A stretch of 61,691 nucleotides of DNA, the filler included, from Perkinsus chesapeaki ATCC PRA-425 (taxonomy: Eukaryota > Protista > Perkinsozoa): NCBI GenBank assembly GCA_013115145.1. It is 9 parts of 9 records of this genome, joined end to end, with 100 filler letters (N's around TTAATTAATTAA, not from the genome) between each part and the next. Parts side by side here need not be neighbours in the genome. Positions count along the whole stretch, not along the records: positions 1 to 13,201 come from JAAPAO010000795.1; 8 more parts are not named here. One strand, 5' to 3'. Position numbers and translations under genes: made by a program. The notes beneath the pieces are model-generated. The model did not search any database, had not been told where the DNA came from, and saw only the letters and a list, made by a program, of their open reading frames with translations. Shown piece after piece: positions 1-13,301 of the stretch (positions within the stretch are counted from its first letter, which is position 1; every line of letters starts with the position of its first letter).

Positions 1-1080
1 ACCCTCGAACTGACGCGTTAGCATCTCTTTAGCGTGGGCCCAGGATACCGGGCATGTTTCCGCAGTGCCCCGAAGTCCGCCCATTTTTGCTAACCAGTCC
101 GCTTGCGCATTCTGTAGATGTCCCCTATGCGCCTTCACCCATCTTAGCTTCACCTCTCCTCCGATACTACCAATCACCTCCTTCAGTTGTCTAACTTCGA
201 GGCGAGCCTCCTTAGCTTTGCTCGCTTCCTTATTTAGCTGCCCTCCAGCTGCCTTCAGAGCCGTCATGTTGTCAGCGCAAATCTCAACCTTGCCATTCCA
301 GCCCCGCAGTCCCTCCTCCGAGTTTATCCGTATCCTTGCCAGCTTACAAGCCGCGATTATTCCCGTCAGTTCGCTCTGGTATACCGTCGCCCAGCTAGGT
401 AGTTTTAGCATTTGCGTGCGCCTCGTTCTACCGTTGGGGTCGACTTCGATTACCCCACAGCCAGTGTGGTTTGTCAGAAGTGTCCTGCCTCCCTTTGGCC
501 GAAGTGGCACCCCCCCGAATTTACTGCCATCTGTGAAGTATTGTAGGGAACCTTCTCCGACCTCTGGTGAGCCCTGAGTGTCTACCGCCTCAGGGTCCAC
601 AACCTCTCTTGCTACTTCCCGCTCCGGCTTTCCTTTCAGATTGATGAGCTTTCGCGCCGCCTGCGAGTCCCTCGGCCTGCCCTCCCCTCGAAAAAGATTG
701 CTTCTCACATATCTCTCTATTATGACCTGATCCAGCTGTTTCCAGGAGCTTATCCGTATCATCAAGGCCGAAGGGGTTGACCTCAATGCTCGCCAGGCCC
801 ATCTTAGAACCCTCGCCAAGAGCTGGGATGCTTTGCCTGCGAACCACTTATATGCCGCCATATGACCCCATATTTCACATGCATAGGTCACTCTCGGGAT
901 CACTAGCTTATGCCATACTGCCTCGATCACCTCCGATTTGAGGCCACATGATCTCCTGCATATGGATACTAGCTTGCTCAGCTGCGATTCCACTTTCCCT
1001 AAGGCCTCCTTCGCTTGTTTGTTCCAGTTAAACCTTTTGTCAGGGAAATGTAGCCAAACCCCTAGCCATTTGACCTCGTG
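1..1080 (-). mobile_element. Non-LTR retrotransposon (LINE) fragment: RT thumb plus RNase H, 5'-truncated at 1080, continuing off the left edge
   Basis: Manual translation of the minus frame 1080->1 has no stop (missed by the ORF track): HEVKWLGVW...IPRVTYACEIWG (RT thumb), then YFTDGSK...YQSELTGI...ICADN...LRWVKAHRGHLQNAQADWLAK (RNase H). GC-rich against the AT-rich flank. Confidence 0.92.
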
Positions 1081-1110
1081 GTAGTAGTAGTAGTAGTAGT
1101 AGTAGTAGTA
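1081..1110. repeat. (GTA)10 microsatellite at the LINE junction
   Basis: gtagtagta... directly abuts the truncated LINE end. Confidence 0.95.
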
Positions 1111-1148
1111 TTAATAATAATATTGTATTTATTATTATTAAGTATTAG

Positions 1149-1861
1149 GTGAACTACGTGATGTTATGTCACAGTATGGTAGTATTATTGATTGTATTAT
1201 AATGACAGATCGTATGACTGGTAGATCAAGAGGATTTGCTTATTGTACATATAGTAACCCTGAGGAGGCACAAAATGCATGTAATGGTGGTAGTAATAAT
1301 TCTATTGAGGGACATTGGGTAATATTCCCCCCATAAAACAACAACAACACTTATTCTTATCATCAGCTTGATGTTAAACCAGCTACTCGTGATCCAGCCA
1401 TCTGTGGCATCCATCATACTAATAGTAGTAGATCATCATCATCAAGAGGAGGAGGAGGAGGAAGAGGAGGAGGAGGAATGCAAGGTTCTATGAATAACAA
1501 CCCTTACGATTCTATTCCATTCGGGTAATAGTAATAATAGTAGTAATAATAATAATTATATCAGATATACTACTACACCACCAAGACCATTTAATATTGG
1601 CAACAACAACATGACCACATCACCAACATCTACTTCTCCTTATAATAGATTATCAGCCTCTAGGTAATATATTGGTATATACAGTGTATTGATTATTATT
1701 ATAGGTATCCTATATTACCTAATACCCCTACAATGGGATATAGAGGGAGGCAGCTGGGCGGTGGAGGAGGAGGGGCAATGCTACCTCCTTCTTCAAGTGC
1801 TACACAACAACAACAACAACAGCAGCAGCCAGCAGCACAGTATAGAGCATCACCTTATTGA
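1149..1861 (+). CDS. RRM RNA-binding protein (hnRNP/Musashi-like), multi-exon, first exon absent from the window
   Basis: Exon 1149-1318 reads ELRDVMSQYGSIIDCIIMTDRMTGRSRGFAYCTYSNPEEAQNAC (RNP1 RGFAYCTY); after a GT-AG intron, LDVKPATRD and an RGG/Gly-rich tail; probable end QYRASPY* at 1861. Confidence 0.8.
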
Positions 1862-2039
1862 TAATGTTGATGATTATTATTATGGATACACGTCATTATT
1901 ACTCTTCTTCTTCTCCTTATTGTTATTAACTCTATGTAGTGCTGGTTTCTATGGTAACATTATTATTTATTATATTATTGTATTATTAATTATACATAAT
2001 ATAATTGTTTTTATTAGGTATTTAATTAATTATTATTAA

Positions 2040-3602
2040 ATGAGCCCTCAACCACCATCTAGAGATACCCATCCAGCATCAGTGGTATGGACAGCAACAA
2101 CAACAACAGCAGCAACCACTACTACTAAACCATCAAATAGTCATCAACCATCAACATCATCATCAACAAGAAGCAATAGGTTATTCAACATAAAAGGTGA
2201 TACCATGTATGAATTGGGTTATAACCTATCTAATAGTGTTGGTAATAGAAGTAAGAAGGCATTTGAAGATGATTTAGAAGTATGGACATCTGTTGGTCTA
2301 ATTGATAAATGGAAGTCTATTGCATTATCAGCATCATTAGCTACAAAACGTCTATCAGCAGAGCTATATAACTTCTTTATTGGTATGGATGATTCTCTTA
2401 ATAATAATATCAACTTAGGTGGTTCAGTATGGCAATTATTAAGTATGTATGAAATGGATATGTATGTATATCGTTATGCTGCTAAATGTTATAAGTGTGG
2501 TAGTAGTATATTAGATATACCACGTAATAAATGTATGTGTAAAACATGGTGTAATAAATGTTATAAATTGGATAAAAAACCTACATTCTGTGATATATGT
2601 AAATTTGCTATTATACAAGTACATAAAATAGAGCCTAATACAGATTATTCTACACTAATACCTACCGCTAATACCAACAACCACATAAACAACAATACCT
2701 CCTTCTCCTCCTCCTCCTCCTCTCCACGTGCTCTAAAAGGTAGATGTACTGGTTTTGCGTCACCTACTAGTGGTATATGTGCTCAAACTGTTGATATGAG
2801 TTGTGATACTTATAATCATGGTAGAGATGATGCATGTTATTTTATTAATATACCTAATAATAACAATACAACAATAGCAAAGGAATGGACACTTGTATAT
2901 GATGTTGGATGTATAGCAAGTCCATTAGGTATTAATAGTAAAGGTGTTGGTATGGGATTATATAATATATATAATACTAGTGGTAATGGTTATGAGCAAA
3001 ATGTATTAGAAAATGGTATATTACCAATAGCTGTATTACAGTGGGGTATATTATTAGGTTATATGGGTGATAATATATATGATATAAATAATAAGTTAAA
3101 GGATATTGTTAATAATATAGGTTTATTTACTTCGGCAGCATTACTTATTACTTGTAATAATAACCCCGGTAAAGTATTAGAAGTGGAAATGAGTGGTAAT
3201 GATATATGGAGTAGAGTTATTAGTGATAGTAGTATGGTAACTAGAGCTAACCATTCACAGTGTATGTCATCATTAATAACAACTGAAGATATACCTAATG
3301 ATGTTAAAGAATCATCACATGATAGGCTTAATAAATTAAATAGTCTAGTAATACAAGCCAGACAAGAAGAAGAGGAGAATGATGAGGAGGAGAGGGTAGA
3401 TGAGGTAGCAGATAATATCATGGCGCGTGAAATATTATCACATGAACCTATACAAGAGGATGATACATTAGCTACAGTAATATTAATGCCAAAGGAGAGT
3501 AGAATAGATATACGGTTTAAAGTTGGTACTAGAATTAAGGTTACTATTAAGAGAGGTAAATGGTTACAGTTTAACGGTAATGATATCGCTACTAATCTAT
3601 AA
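2040..3602 (+). CDS. C45-family (acyl-CoA:6-APA acyltransferase-like) Ntn-hydrolase, intronless, with a Cys-rich insert
   Basis: 520-aa ORF; GRCTGF autocleavage-like motif followed by AQTVDM, GINSKGVGMGLYN and RANHS, typical of the C45/AAT family. Confidence 0.72.
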   Translation: MSPQPPSRDTHPASVVWTATTTTAATTTTKPSNSHQPSTSSSTRSNRLFNIKGDTMYELGYNLSNSVGNRSKKAFEDDLEVWTSVGLIDKWKSIALSASLATKRLSAELYNFFIGMDDSLNNNINLGGSVWQLLSMYEMDMYVYRYAAKCYKCGSSILDIPRNKCMCKTWCNKCYKLDKKPTFCDICKFAIIQVHKIEPNTDYSTLIPTANTNNHINNNTSFSSSSSSPRALKGRCTGFASPTSGICAQTVDMSCDTYNHGRDDACYFINIPNNNNTTIAKEWTLVYDVGCIASPLGINSKGVGMGLYNIYNTSGNGYEQNVLENGILPIAVLQWGILLGYMGDNIYDINNKLKDIVNNIGLFTSAALLITCNNNPGKVLEVEMSGNDIWSRVISDSSMVTRANHSQCMSSLITTEDIPNDVKESSHDRLNKLNSLVIQARQEEEENDEEERVDEVADNIMAREILSHEPIQEDDTLATVILMPKESRIDIRFKVGTRIKVTIKRGKWLQFNGNDIATNL

Positions 3603-3715
3603 TAATATTACGTTTTATTATTTACTATTACTTGCTGTATTATTATTAATATGTTATTGTCTGGTATTGTTGTGTTATTGATGATATTTATTATTAGGTA
3701 TATAATGTTATTATA

Positions 3716-5663
3716 ATGTCATATAATCCATATGCTAACATACCATCACCATCACCACCACCACAATCCCAAACAATAACAACAATAACTCAACAGCAAC
3801 AACAAGCAATGTTTGGGTCACCACCACCTCCTCCTCCTCTTCCACAACAGCAGATAGGCGTAGTTTCTGGTGGCAGTGTCAGTGGTGGTGGACTTAATAT
3901 ACAGCATATGGTTCCTCCATCCAGTCAGCAGCAGCAGCAGCCGATAATGCTACTACCATCACCATCATCATACCCTCCTCATACACCCTATATCAATACT
4001 GTGCCAATGGTAAGACGTGGACCATCTTTATTACCTAATACTGGTATACTATATCATCATACAGCATCAACATATCAACAACAACAACAAGGTAGTACTA
4101 CTGCAGGAGTAGGAGGAGGAGGTGGTCGTCGTAGATAATGTTAGTATTCCTAGGTGTAATGGGTATCACCACAGATAGGCCTCCCACCACTTTCGGTGGT
4201 AGTAATATGATGACCATTCAACAACAACAGCAGCAGCAATTAGCAACAACGACTGGTAGACCAATGGTAATATGGTGTATACTAATCATAACCATTGACA
4301 TCTCACCTCAGCAGACACCACCATTCATACTACCAGGAGGAGGAGGAGGGCAGTTGAATGGAGTTGGTGGTGGTATGGTGGTAGGAGGACAACAAAATAT
4401 CATACCAACAACACAACAACAGATGTATACGGAGGGAAATAATAATATACCCAATAATGGTATGTTGGTAAATCGTGTTAAAAGTGATGATAATAATATT
4501 AATGAAGAATATACCTCACCACCACTAGGCAGTAGCAGTGATATTATTAAAAGTGTAGAAAAGTGAGTTAGAGTAAATGAGGAAGACGCTATAATATATA
4601 TTTATAGTAGGAATCATGTGAAGGTTGATGAAGAGACGACAGAAAGGCCTTTAACAACGACAACAACTAATAATAACAACAACAACATGGAGAGAATAGT
4701 GAAAAAGGAAGATAACATGGATAAAGGAGAGAGAGGATTCAAGGAGCTTACTCTTGATGATTTAGTGGCACCACCTGGGTAGTAAAGCTGCTGCTTTAAT
4801 AATATAAATAATAGTAATATATAATATTATAGGCCAGCATGTGCATTAGATGATCCTAAATTAAAAGCTGCATATGATTATTGTGATACAACAACTGCTG
4901 CTGTTATTGATGTAGCCATAAGGTAAGAAGTATAATAACATATCACATTGTGATTACTATGCAGGCAAGCGAGTGGTCTTTGTGAACATGGTATTGAGGA
5001 TCAGTTCAAGGTTATCGAAGCCCAACTGGCTGTTGCTATGATAGAAGCTGAAATGGAAGCTTACAAGTAACAATTAAAATATTTAAAGTGTCGTTTAAAC
5101 ATCATCATATTCAGAGATGCAATGAAGGCATCGGGTGACCCAAATGATATGGAAAATAAACGTAGAAGAGTTGCAATGTACGTAGTTGCAATTAACTATG
5201 TATTATAGTCAAAGATGTTAATAATAATATTAGATATGGAGGAACACTATCACCCACCCAGACTCCTACTAATCGTGATGTAAGTGAAGGGACCACAGTA
5301 AGAGGAGGAGGATCACCAGAGAGCTCACCGGATGGTATCTGGAATGGTGGTGGTGGAATTAATAACTCCGCAGGAGTAGGAGGTAACAACATTGCACGTG
5401 AAGGCGATAGTCCAGATATGGTAAGGAATCATTATGGATGCTATAAGATTATATTATCATCACAGAGCGTTGTTACTGTAAAGAATGAGAATACAACTAC
5501 TCCCAAGCCAGCGGGTCGGCTACCACCACGTTTTGGTGGTGGTGTACGGCATCATAGAAGGACACATCCATCTAGTAATGCTACTGTATGTACTCCTGAT
5601 AATGGTAACCAATCTGGTGCATCTCCACCCCCTAGTAGCACTGATAGCTCTCCTGCTGAGTAA
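3716..5663 (+). CDS. Hypothetical low-complexity (P/Q/G-rich) multi-exon protein
   Basis: ATG at 3716, several GT-AG-bounded exons (e.g. GLCEHGIEDQFKVIEAQLAVAMIEAEMEAYK, DAMKASGDPNDMENKRRRV), stop at 5663; exon structure approximate. Confidence 0.55.
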
Positions 5664-5779
5664 CCATACGTTGTAACATTTTATAATATTATTATAATAT
5701 TATGCTCCCTTATTATTATTCACATTTCCTTACATATTCAAGGTTGAGTTATTTATATAGTAGTAAAACACATGAAACA

Positions 5780-6745
5780 TAACGATACAAGTTACCTGTT
5801 GACTACATAGTATCTTCGAGCATTCAACTTGTATTTTGCTGGCAAGATATATTAGATGTATAATTATTCACACTCCACTTATAGAGCATATCTACCGCCG
5901 TTGTATATTGAACACATGAGTCCATAATATCATCAACTTATTGGCCATCATTAATAACCTCGAGCTACTCCTCGAAGGTCATTGTTCGAGCACTTTCTGA
6001 TGTATTTACTCATTTTCACTTTCAACACCCTTGCTTTATACTGTATTCTTTTGTACAATACTGCATTACAAAGGCTACCCTGGCAATTGTAATGAGTGTG
6101 TATTTTGTATGATGCTTACAACTGCTTTGAGTGATGTTCAATATTATCCTTGGATGACATCATCATATACTAATAAGGTGCTGCCAGATACTAATGGTAT
6201 TATTTAGCTACGAGAGAAGCCTATACATATCATGCAACTCCTCTACAATATAGCCATGATTTGTTTATATTTTCCCCATTGATAGCTTTACTGTGTACGT
6301 TACCAACATTCAACATCACTAACTTGCATCAAGTCCAATACTAATACACGTGTAATTCCTCTGCATCATTAATATCACGTATTAATGCCTATATCATATT
6401 TGTGTGGTAGTGACATCACTTCTCTGTCATTTTTCGTATTATTCAATACTCTCTCATCTCTCCTGATTAAAGGACTCTTCGCAACAAATGCCGTTAGCAA
6501 TCATCGATTCAGTTAATAAGATGCGTCAACATCATTACTACTGGTGTTATGATCCGCTTCGTTACTTTAACCATTTCACCATTTGCTCTCAAGTAGAGTA
6601 TCCCTACTTATATATGAAAGCTGTATGTATTTCGGTGTAGGCTTACTAATGACTTGGTTATTATCCTGCTGCTCGGGAGTATATTTATTCGAACCACTAT
6701 CCAACAACACGACACATCATCAGCATCTTCGTATAAAGTACACTA
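5780..6745 (-). CDS. Hypothetical multi-exon gene, boundaries approximate
   Basis: Short exon-like segments (e.g. ALIRDINDAEELH, KIQVECSKILCSQQ) separated by short introns; no motif recognised. Confidence 0.35.
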
Positions 6746-6890
6746 GATAGAAACTTAGTATAAGAGAATCAGGAGGGAGGTTATCATCATTAATATCATC
6801 ACACAGCACTGTCAACAGTCATCGATATCGCTGTATGAATATGATATATAAATATCATTAATAATAACAATAACTTATTATCCGGTACAT

Positions 6891-8248
6891 TTATTCATTA
6901 ACGCCAATGATGTTATTAATAACACGTTGAACTTCCTCGTTACATTGTTCAAGTGTAGGATAACGATCATGTATCATTCCACTATTATTATGTGCTCTTT
7001 TGCCTGCTGATTCATTACATGTACATGAAGGTTCACCTCTAGATCTACTAGGACATCCAAATACAGCTTGTGTTGCAACAGTCATTGATAATTCACAAAG
7101 TCTAAAGACAACAATAGTGAATGATTAGGCAATGGGGATTACTTTCTAGGATCCTTTTCTCCAGCAGCTATCATTGCAGCCATACTACCAACCATACAAT
7201 CACCAGCACCAACTGTAGATGTACAATACTTATCTTTATCATCTGGAGGATTAGGACATACTAATGCATCACTCGTGCCATCAATACAAGCATATGCACA
7301 ACCAGCTCCACCAAGACTAACTACACATAACCATTTAGCACCAGATGTCTTCAATAATCTCCTTGCTAGCTCAGCTGCTGCTTTAGGATCCTTAGTTACA
7401 TCCTCTGGTGAATCATCAACACCATTAAATAGATTATCAAGTGCTGATGCTTCCTCCTCATTAACTACTAATATATCAACCATCTTAAATGCATCTCTAG
7501 GAAGTTGTTGACCAGGTACAACTGGTGCTGGGGCGGCATTTAATAATGATAAAGTATTGGGTGATTCTGATGCAACCTTTAATGCATCTACTACAGCATC
7601 TACAGGAACTTCACATTGTAAAACTAACACCTACTATAATGGTATATCCTCCGCCTTAAGCCTCCTTTATTACCTTTGAATCCTTAATAGCTTTAGTTAC
7701 CTTACCATTACCACTAATCTAATAATAACAATAATTAATGTATGTATTATTATATTATTATTACCATATTAGGAGTTAGCATACCATTAGTACCAGGTAC
7801 AACTACAATACAATTCTCAGCATCAACAGCACCAGATACAACTATACCAGCAACACCAGTACCTAATATATCGTTATATATTATATATAATAATATTATT
7901 ATTACTTGCATTTGGTATAAGATATAGATTATCAACATTAACACCACATTGTGTTAAATGATCCCTATAAGATGTACCAAGACCATCATCAGCACTAACA
8001 CATCCTATCATTTCAACATGATGATCACTATTATTATTTATATTATGTTTTCCACTTAATAATATACCAGCAGCTACTGCTTGATTAGCTCCTTTACCAC
8101 CCCAACTTTGTGTAAACTTATCACCAGATACAGTTTCACCTGGCTTGGGTAATCTAGGTAATCGGCAATGAAATGTAAAATCAGCGCTTAATGATCCAAC
8201 AACAGTTACTAATGGTGTTGAGGTGCTGCTGCTGCTAGCGGTAGACAT
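6891..8248 (-). CDS. rbsK: Ribokinase (pfkB family), multi-exon
   Basis: VVGSLSAD...PKPGETV...GGKGANQAVAA, LQCEVP, LLNAAPAP, VVNEEEA, STVGAGDCMVG (anion-hole motif). Confidence 0.93.
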
Positions 8249-8438
8249 TTGATAATAAGGGGTTATTAATAATAAACTAAGTACAAATAATAAAACAATG
8301 GAATATCCACCATTATATGCTATAAGCTGATGATGCGGCGGCCGACATTCGACACAATACACCACCATCGCTCCGCGGCCACCGCCGCTATTCTAATAAT
8401 GAGCTCAACTTTGATTAGTAGTTGCTTATCATCATACA

Positions 8439-9683
8439 ATGAGTCGTGACACAACACTACATACTACAAATAGAACAGACCAGTGTATAGAAGAAGGGCA
8501 GGATGTGACAGCATCAGCAGCAGCATTAGATGAAAGGAGGACTACTAACCAACAACAAACACCACTTCCACCACTTGGTGGTGCTGCTAGAGTTAAATGG
8601 ATAAAGAATACAGCTATTGATGAGGATACTGGATTATCGTAATAATAATATAGGTAGTATTGGTCATATAATATATAGATACCATACTGATCATTATGGT
8701 GGGGTTGCTGTTGATAGTTTCCCTAATAATATGAAAGATAATACTAGTTGTATTGATGCATTATCTAAATTATGTATTAAATGTAAAAAGGATGGTATAT
8801 TAACTGGGGCATTATGGGTTAGAATTGAGGAGGATAGATATCCATTAGTATGTATTAAATAGTAGTAATACTTTATTATATAATAATTATTATTAGTTAC
8901 CATTATTATTAAAAGAACAACCAATATCAAATGGATTACCACACTTTCATTTTCATCATGCTGATCCAACATATGCTGAAATAGTTGGATGGACTAACCC
9001 TAATAGAGAGGATCGTATACCACGTCAAGCTAGTCATACAGTTGGTATTGGTGCTGTTGTTATTGATCATAATAGTAATATAAATAATATGTAATTATTA
9101 CATGTGTTATAATATATCTTTTTAGATAGAGTATTATTGGTACAAGAAGCTACTGGCCCTGCTGCTACTATCAAGTTATGGAAACTTGTTACTGGTTTAG
9201 TAGAGGCTGGTGAAGAAATAGAAGATGCAGCTATACGAGAGGTACATGAAGAGACTGGCATAACAGCCAATTTTGAAAGGGTTCTTGCTATAAGACATTC
9301 ACATAATGGTACTATAGAACTTGGTAATAGATCAGATCTATTCTGGGTATGTATATTAAGAGTTGATGAGGATAATAAGGCTAATAATGCTGTAATGGAT
9401 ACTCCTAATGGAGAACTACCATCAAACTATCTTCAAGCAAGTGAAATTAAGGAGGCACGTTTTTACCCTTATACCAAGTTACATGAGATAACAGGTAATA
9501 TAATAATGGGATGATGGTAATACTACTACTATTAATTTAATATTAGGAGTACCAAAAGGTAGTGTAATGTGGTGTATATATAAAGAAGTACAACATTATA
9601 TAGAGACTGGGAAGGGAGGCCTTAAAAGTGTTCTTGTTCCTTCTGGAAATCTTGGGCCTCAACTTACTCATATATATTATTAA
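8439..9683 (+). CDS. Nudix hydrolase with N-terminal extension (NUDT6/plant NUDT2-8-like), multi-exon
   Basis: DHYGGV...LWVRI, FHHADPTY, ASHTVGIGAVV, VLLVQE, Nudix box GLVEAGEEIEDAAIREVHEETG; stop at 9681-9683. Confidence 0.9.
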
Positions 9684-10041
9684 ATGAATAACCACCGCTG
9701 ATGTTGTTCTATTATGCATTTCCTTTAATAAGTCCATTTGGATAATTCCTATTTATTGAGTAGTAATGTCAATGATATATGTTTAGATGTTCGTAAAGGT
9801 GGTACTATGTGGTGGGTATATGAGCATATAATAAGATATATAGATACAAAAGAGGGTGGTATTGAATACATGTCACTTGATGGTAGAATGTCAGATATTC
9901 AAACATTATACTACACTTCCACCACCAATACTATCAATTAGTTATTATATAATATTCATATTGTGTTTTATTATATAACACTGATCCGATAAAATTAACA
10001 AGATGTTAAATGATGGCATTATTATAACATGTAATATAATA

Positions 10042-10636
10042 TCATTGAAGCAATGCTCCTGTTAAAGGCACGAAATCATAGTATACAACACATTCACCTC
10101 CGATCACACCACAGTCCTGAATATAACCATAACAACAACTACAACTCTTTATTATTCAATAAAGAAGGATACTATTATTACCTCTAGAGTCTCATCAGGT
10201 TTAACAATCTCCTCTGGATGGAATCTATGATGATGATGATAGTAAAGTGTATAATGACAATACTAAATATACCTATTAATACATACTGATAATTCCCTTA
10301 TACTTCCACCATGTCTTTTAATTATTAAATCTATTATTTGTGATATTTTAGCAGACTAATAATAATAACATTAATAATGTTGCTATAGTAATATTATTAT
10401 TACTGGTGGTAATGTAGTAGTAAATTCAAGTAAGGTGCATACTGGTGCAGCTAATTTAATTGTAGCAGTAACTATACGAGAGTCTATCCTTGATGGTTTG
10501 ATATCGGGGTGAGAGAATCTGTCGAAAACAGTAGTACCTTGTTGTCTATCGAGAATTAACATTACTTTGATGGCTCTGGTTCAGCTGTAGCAGACCCTCC
10601 TGTACCTTTCTTTTTACCTCCTGCCTTTTTACCCAT
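10042..10636 (-). CDS. Small conserved-looking hypothetical protein, multi-exon
   Basis: MGKKAGGKKKG...VTATIKLAAPVCTLLEF...IIKRHGGSIRELSV...RFHPEEIVKPDETLE...VYYDFVPLTGALLQ*. Confidence 0.6.
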
Positions 10637-10784
10637 ACCAGTATACTCAACTGTTATTAATGTTTATTATTTATAATTCAACAAGTTTACGTCGTTTAGA
10701 GAATGAACCTATAACGAATAACATTATTTAGAGTTATTAGCACTGCCATCAATATGGCTGCTACAATAAATGAAAAACTCAAAC

Positions 10785-11598
10785 TCATGACAATTCTTCA
10801 CCATCTGCTCTCTTTCTTAATATAGATACTCCATCACAAATACATAACATACAATTCTCCACACGTTCATCAGTAAGTATCTTTTTATTTAATGCATCAA
10901 TAGCTTTACCCTTTTCATCTGTTTCATCAAGAACACTTCCACCAAAGAATGTATTATCAATCGCTATAATACCAGTCCCTGGTTTCGCTAATTTTAATGC
11001 CCATTCATAATATGCATCATAATGAGGTTTATGAGCATCAATGAATATAAAATCAAATGTATTACCAGCATTATCAATACCTTCATATAATTCCCTCATA
11101 CTATCAACTGCATCACCTACTCTTATTTCAATACGATCAGCTATACCCATATCAGCCCAATACTGTTCACCATTAACCTCATCAAGATAATCCTTATTAA
11201 TATCAAGTCCAATAACTTTACCACCTTTACCAACACCTTGAGCCAGATATGCTGTAGTAGAGCCACGGAATACCCCAACCTATAATAATGATAAGAATGA
11301 CCATATATAATCATAATCATTAACCTCTACCTCGAGGGCTTTCTTAGCTCCAATAGAGTGCATTAATAACTTGAAGAATTGTGCTTCATCAGACCCACCT
11401 ACCATTACTGATTCATCCTTTTCAGCAATAGTATCATAAAACGCACGTTGAGTAGCGGACATCCTGACACAGTGTAATGAAGGCAGCAAGATTATGTACT
11501 ACTTACCTGACTGAGTTGTCATAGTAATATTTACTAAGTTGCGGTACATTAGCGATAGTTGGAGGTGCCCCAGATTTGAAATGGGTAGGAGAAGGCAT
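10785..11598 (-). CDS. Class I SAM-dependent O-methyltransferase (caffeoyl-CoA OMT/COMT-like), 3 exons
   Basis: GAKKALE|VGVFRGST, VIGLDI, GDAVDSM, FDFIFIDAHKPHYDAYYE, IAIDNTFFGG. Confidence 0.93.
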
Positions 11599-11679
11599 GA
11601 ACGATAATAAAGATAAGATATGATAAAATATATTATATAACAACACAATAAATTATGTATGATAATACATCTTGTTCGA

Positions 11680-13174
11680 CATGGACATCAACATCACGAT
11701 TCGCAAATTATCAATACGATAACCATTACTTACCCACGGCTTCTATGATGGTATTTCTTCATATGTTTCCTGCATTTACGGCATAGTATAACTTCACTAT
11801 GCTTTATAATATTCAATGTATCATTATTAGTAGGCTGGGCGGGGTACCCTTCTGTTATCCCAGGCATATCCTCGATAACAGCTGCCGCATCCTTATTATT
11901 TTGTTCTTCCATCTGCTTTAACTGATGCTGTTGTTGTTGTCTTATTCTTTTGGATGATATATGAGGGCAACACTCATCATGAGTTTTAAGGGGCACCTGT
12001 ATTATATAATTAAGTAATATAACATAGTTAAATGCTGCTGCTACTACCAACACTTACCTTTCCAGCTGATAACATCTTATAACTACCCAGTAATAAAGGT
12101 TTATGTTGATTTATATCATTATTATATAACATATCTGGTAAGCTTGTATGACGTCGGATAGGTCGGCGGTAAACAGCATCGAAATCATGCTTAAACTCAG
12201 TCTCACACCCAAGAGGAGGAGATGATGGCCCATCAGCTAGAGTGACATTATTAGCCATATCGGAGTCCCTGATTAATACATAATACCAGTAAAGAGGGTT
12301 GTTATCATTAATGAGGCAATGAGGAGTCCACTTACTGTAAGATCCTATTCATATTCTTCAGATCCCCTGTACTAGCTGTTGTTGGATTTCCAGATGCGAG
12401 AAGTCGTGCTTTAGCTTTACCCTTTTTCTGAGCATAATTCTCGCAACATCCAGCGAGAGGATGACCATCAAATTTGGTAACAAGATTGTTGCATAAGTTA
12501 ACTGTAGAGCCTCGGCTTATAGTACTAATACCAGATACAGATCTTGGCCCACCCTGCCCTCTATTGCTTCCTGACTTACGGAATATCTAATCAAAAATAA
12601 TAACAATAGTAACCCTTCATAGTATCTCCCTGAGCTTTTTCCTGTCAATTGTTAATTTGTTACGTACAATAGTATTTCTAATAACCGATGATAATTCCAG
12701 CTGATGTTCTCGTCGAGTTGAGGTATTACCGTGTATTGCTCGCCTGGTAATCCCATGAAACATCGCGCTAAGGCTGCCTTCCGCGTAGAACCTCCTATTG
12801 GCCAACCACAGAATCTAGGCTTCCATAGACCACCTTGGCCAACCACCTCATCCCTACAATGAGTTTAGCGGAAGACGATATCAACAACACTACCTTTCAG
12901 CAAGATCATTGAAGTTGACCGAGTTCAGAGGCTCATGCCCATCAGTTAATGATCCACCAAAGTTAGAGGCGCTCAGCTGAAGTTGCAAAGACTTGCGATA
13001 AGCCATTGTCAGTGATGCTGATGAGGACGATGCACAATTACGACATCGATCGGAATGGCGAGCTCTCATACTATGCGCTGTGCGGATCCCTTGAAAACGC
13101 CAACTATCCCAACTCGTTATAAACCGGTAATACAGTCCTCCAAATAAACTTAGAATATTTTGAAATAATATCAT
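11680..13174 (-). CDS. Hypothetical multi-exon protein with Cys/His clusters, 5' end possibly beyond the contig
   Basis: Exon-like segments HGHPLAGCCENY, GCETEFKHDFDAVY, HDECCPH, LCRKCRKH; structure uncertain. Confidence 0.4.
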
Positions 13175-13201
13175 TACTTCACAACGGGAACGAGTTTAGT
13201 G

Positions 13202-13301
13202 NNNNNNNNNNNNNNNNNNNNNNNNNNNNNNNNNNNNNNNNNNNNTTAATTAATTAANNNNNNNNNNNNNNNNNNNNNNNNNNNNNNNNNNNNNNNNNNN
13301 N
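13202..13301. other. Artificial contig linker (44N-TTAATTAATTAA-44N)
   Basis: Identical 100-nt design at all eight gaps; stop codons in all six frames. Confidence 0.98.

Noticed and set aside
65-847. ORF-track entries 65..577+ and 590..847-
   Set aside because: Antisense or off-frame shadows of the LINE RT-RNase H frame.
13246-13257. TTAATTAATTAA palindrome recurring eight times
   Set aside because: Always centred between two 44-N blocks: an artificial six-frame-stop linker.
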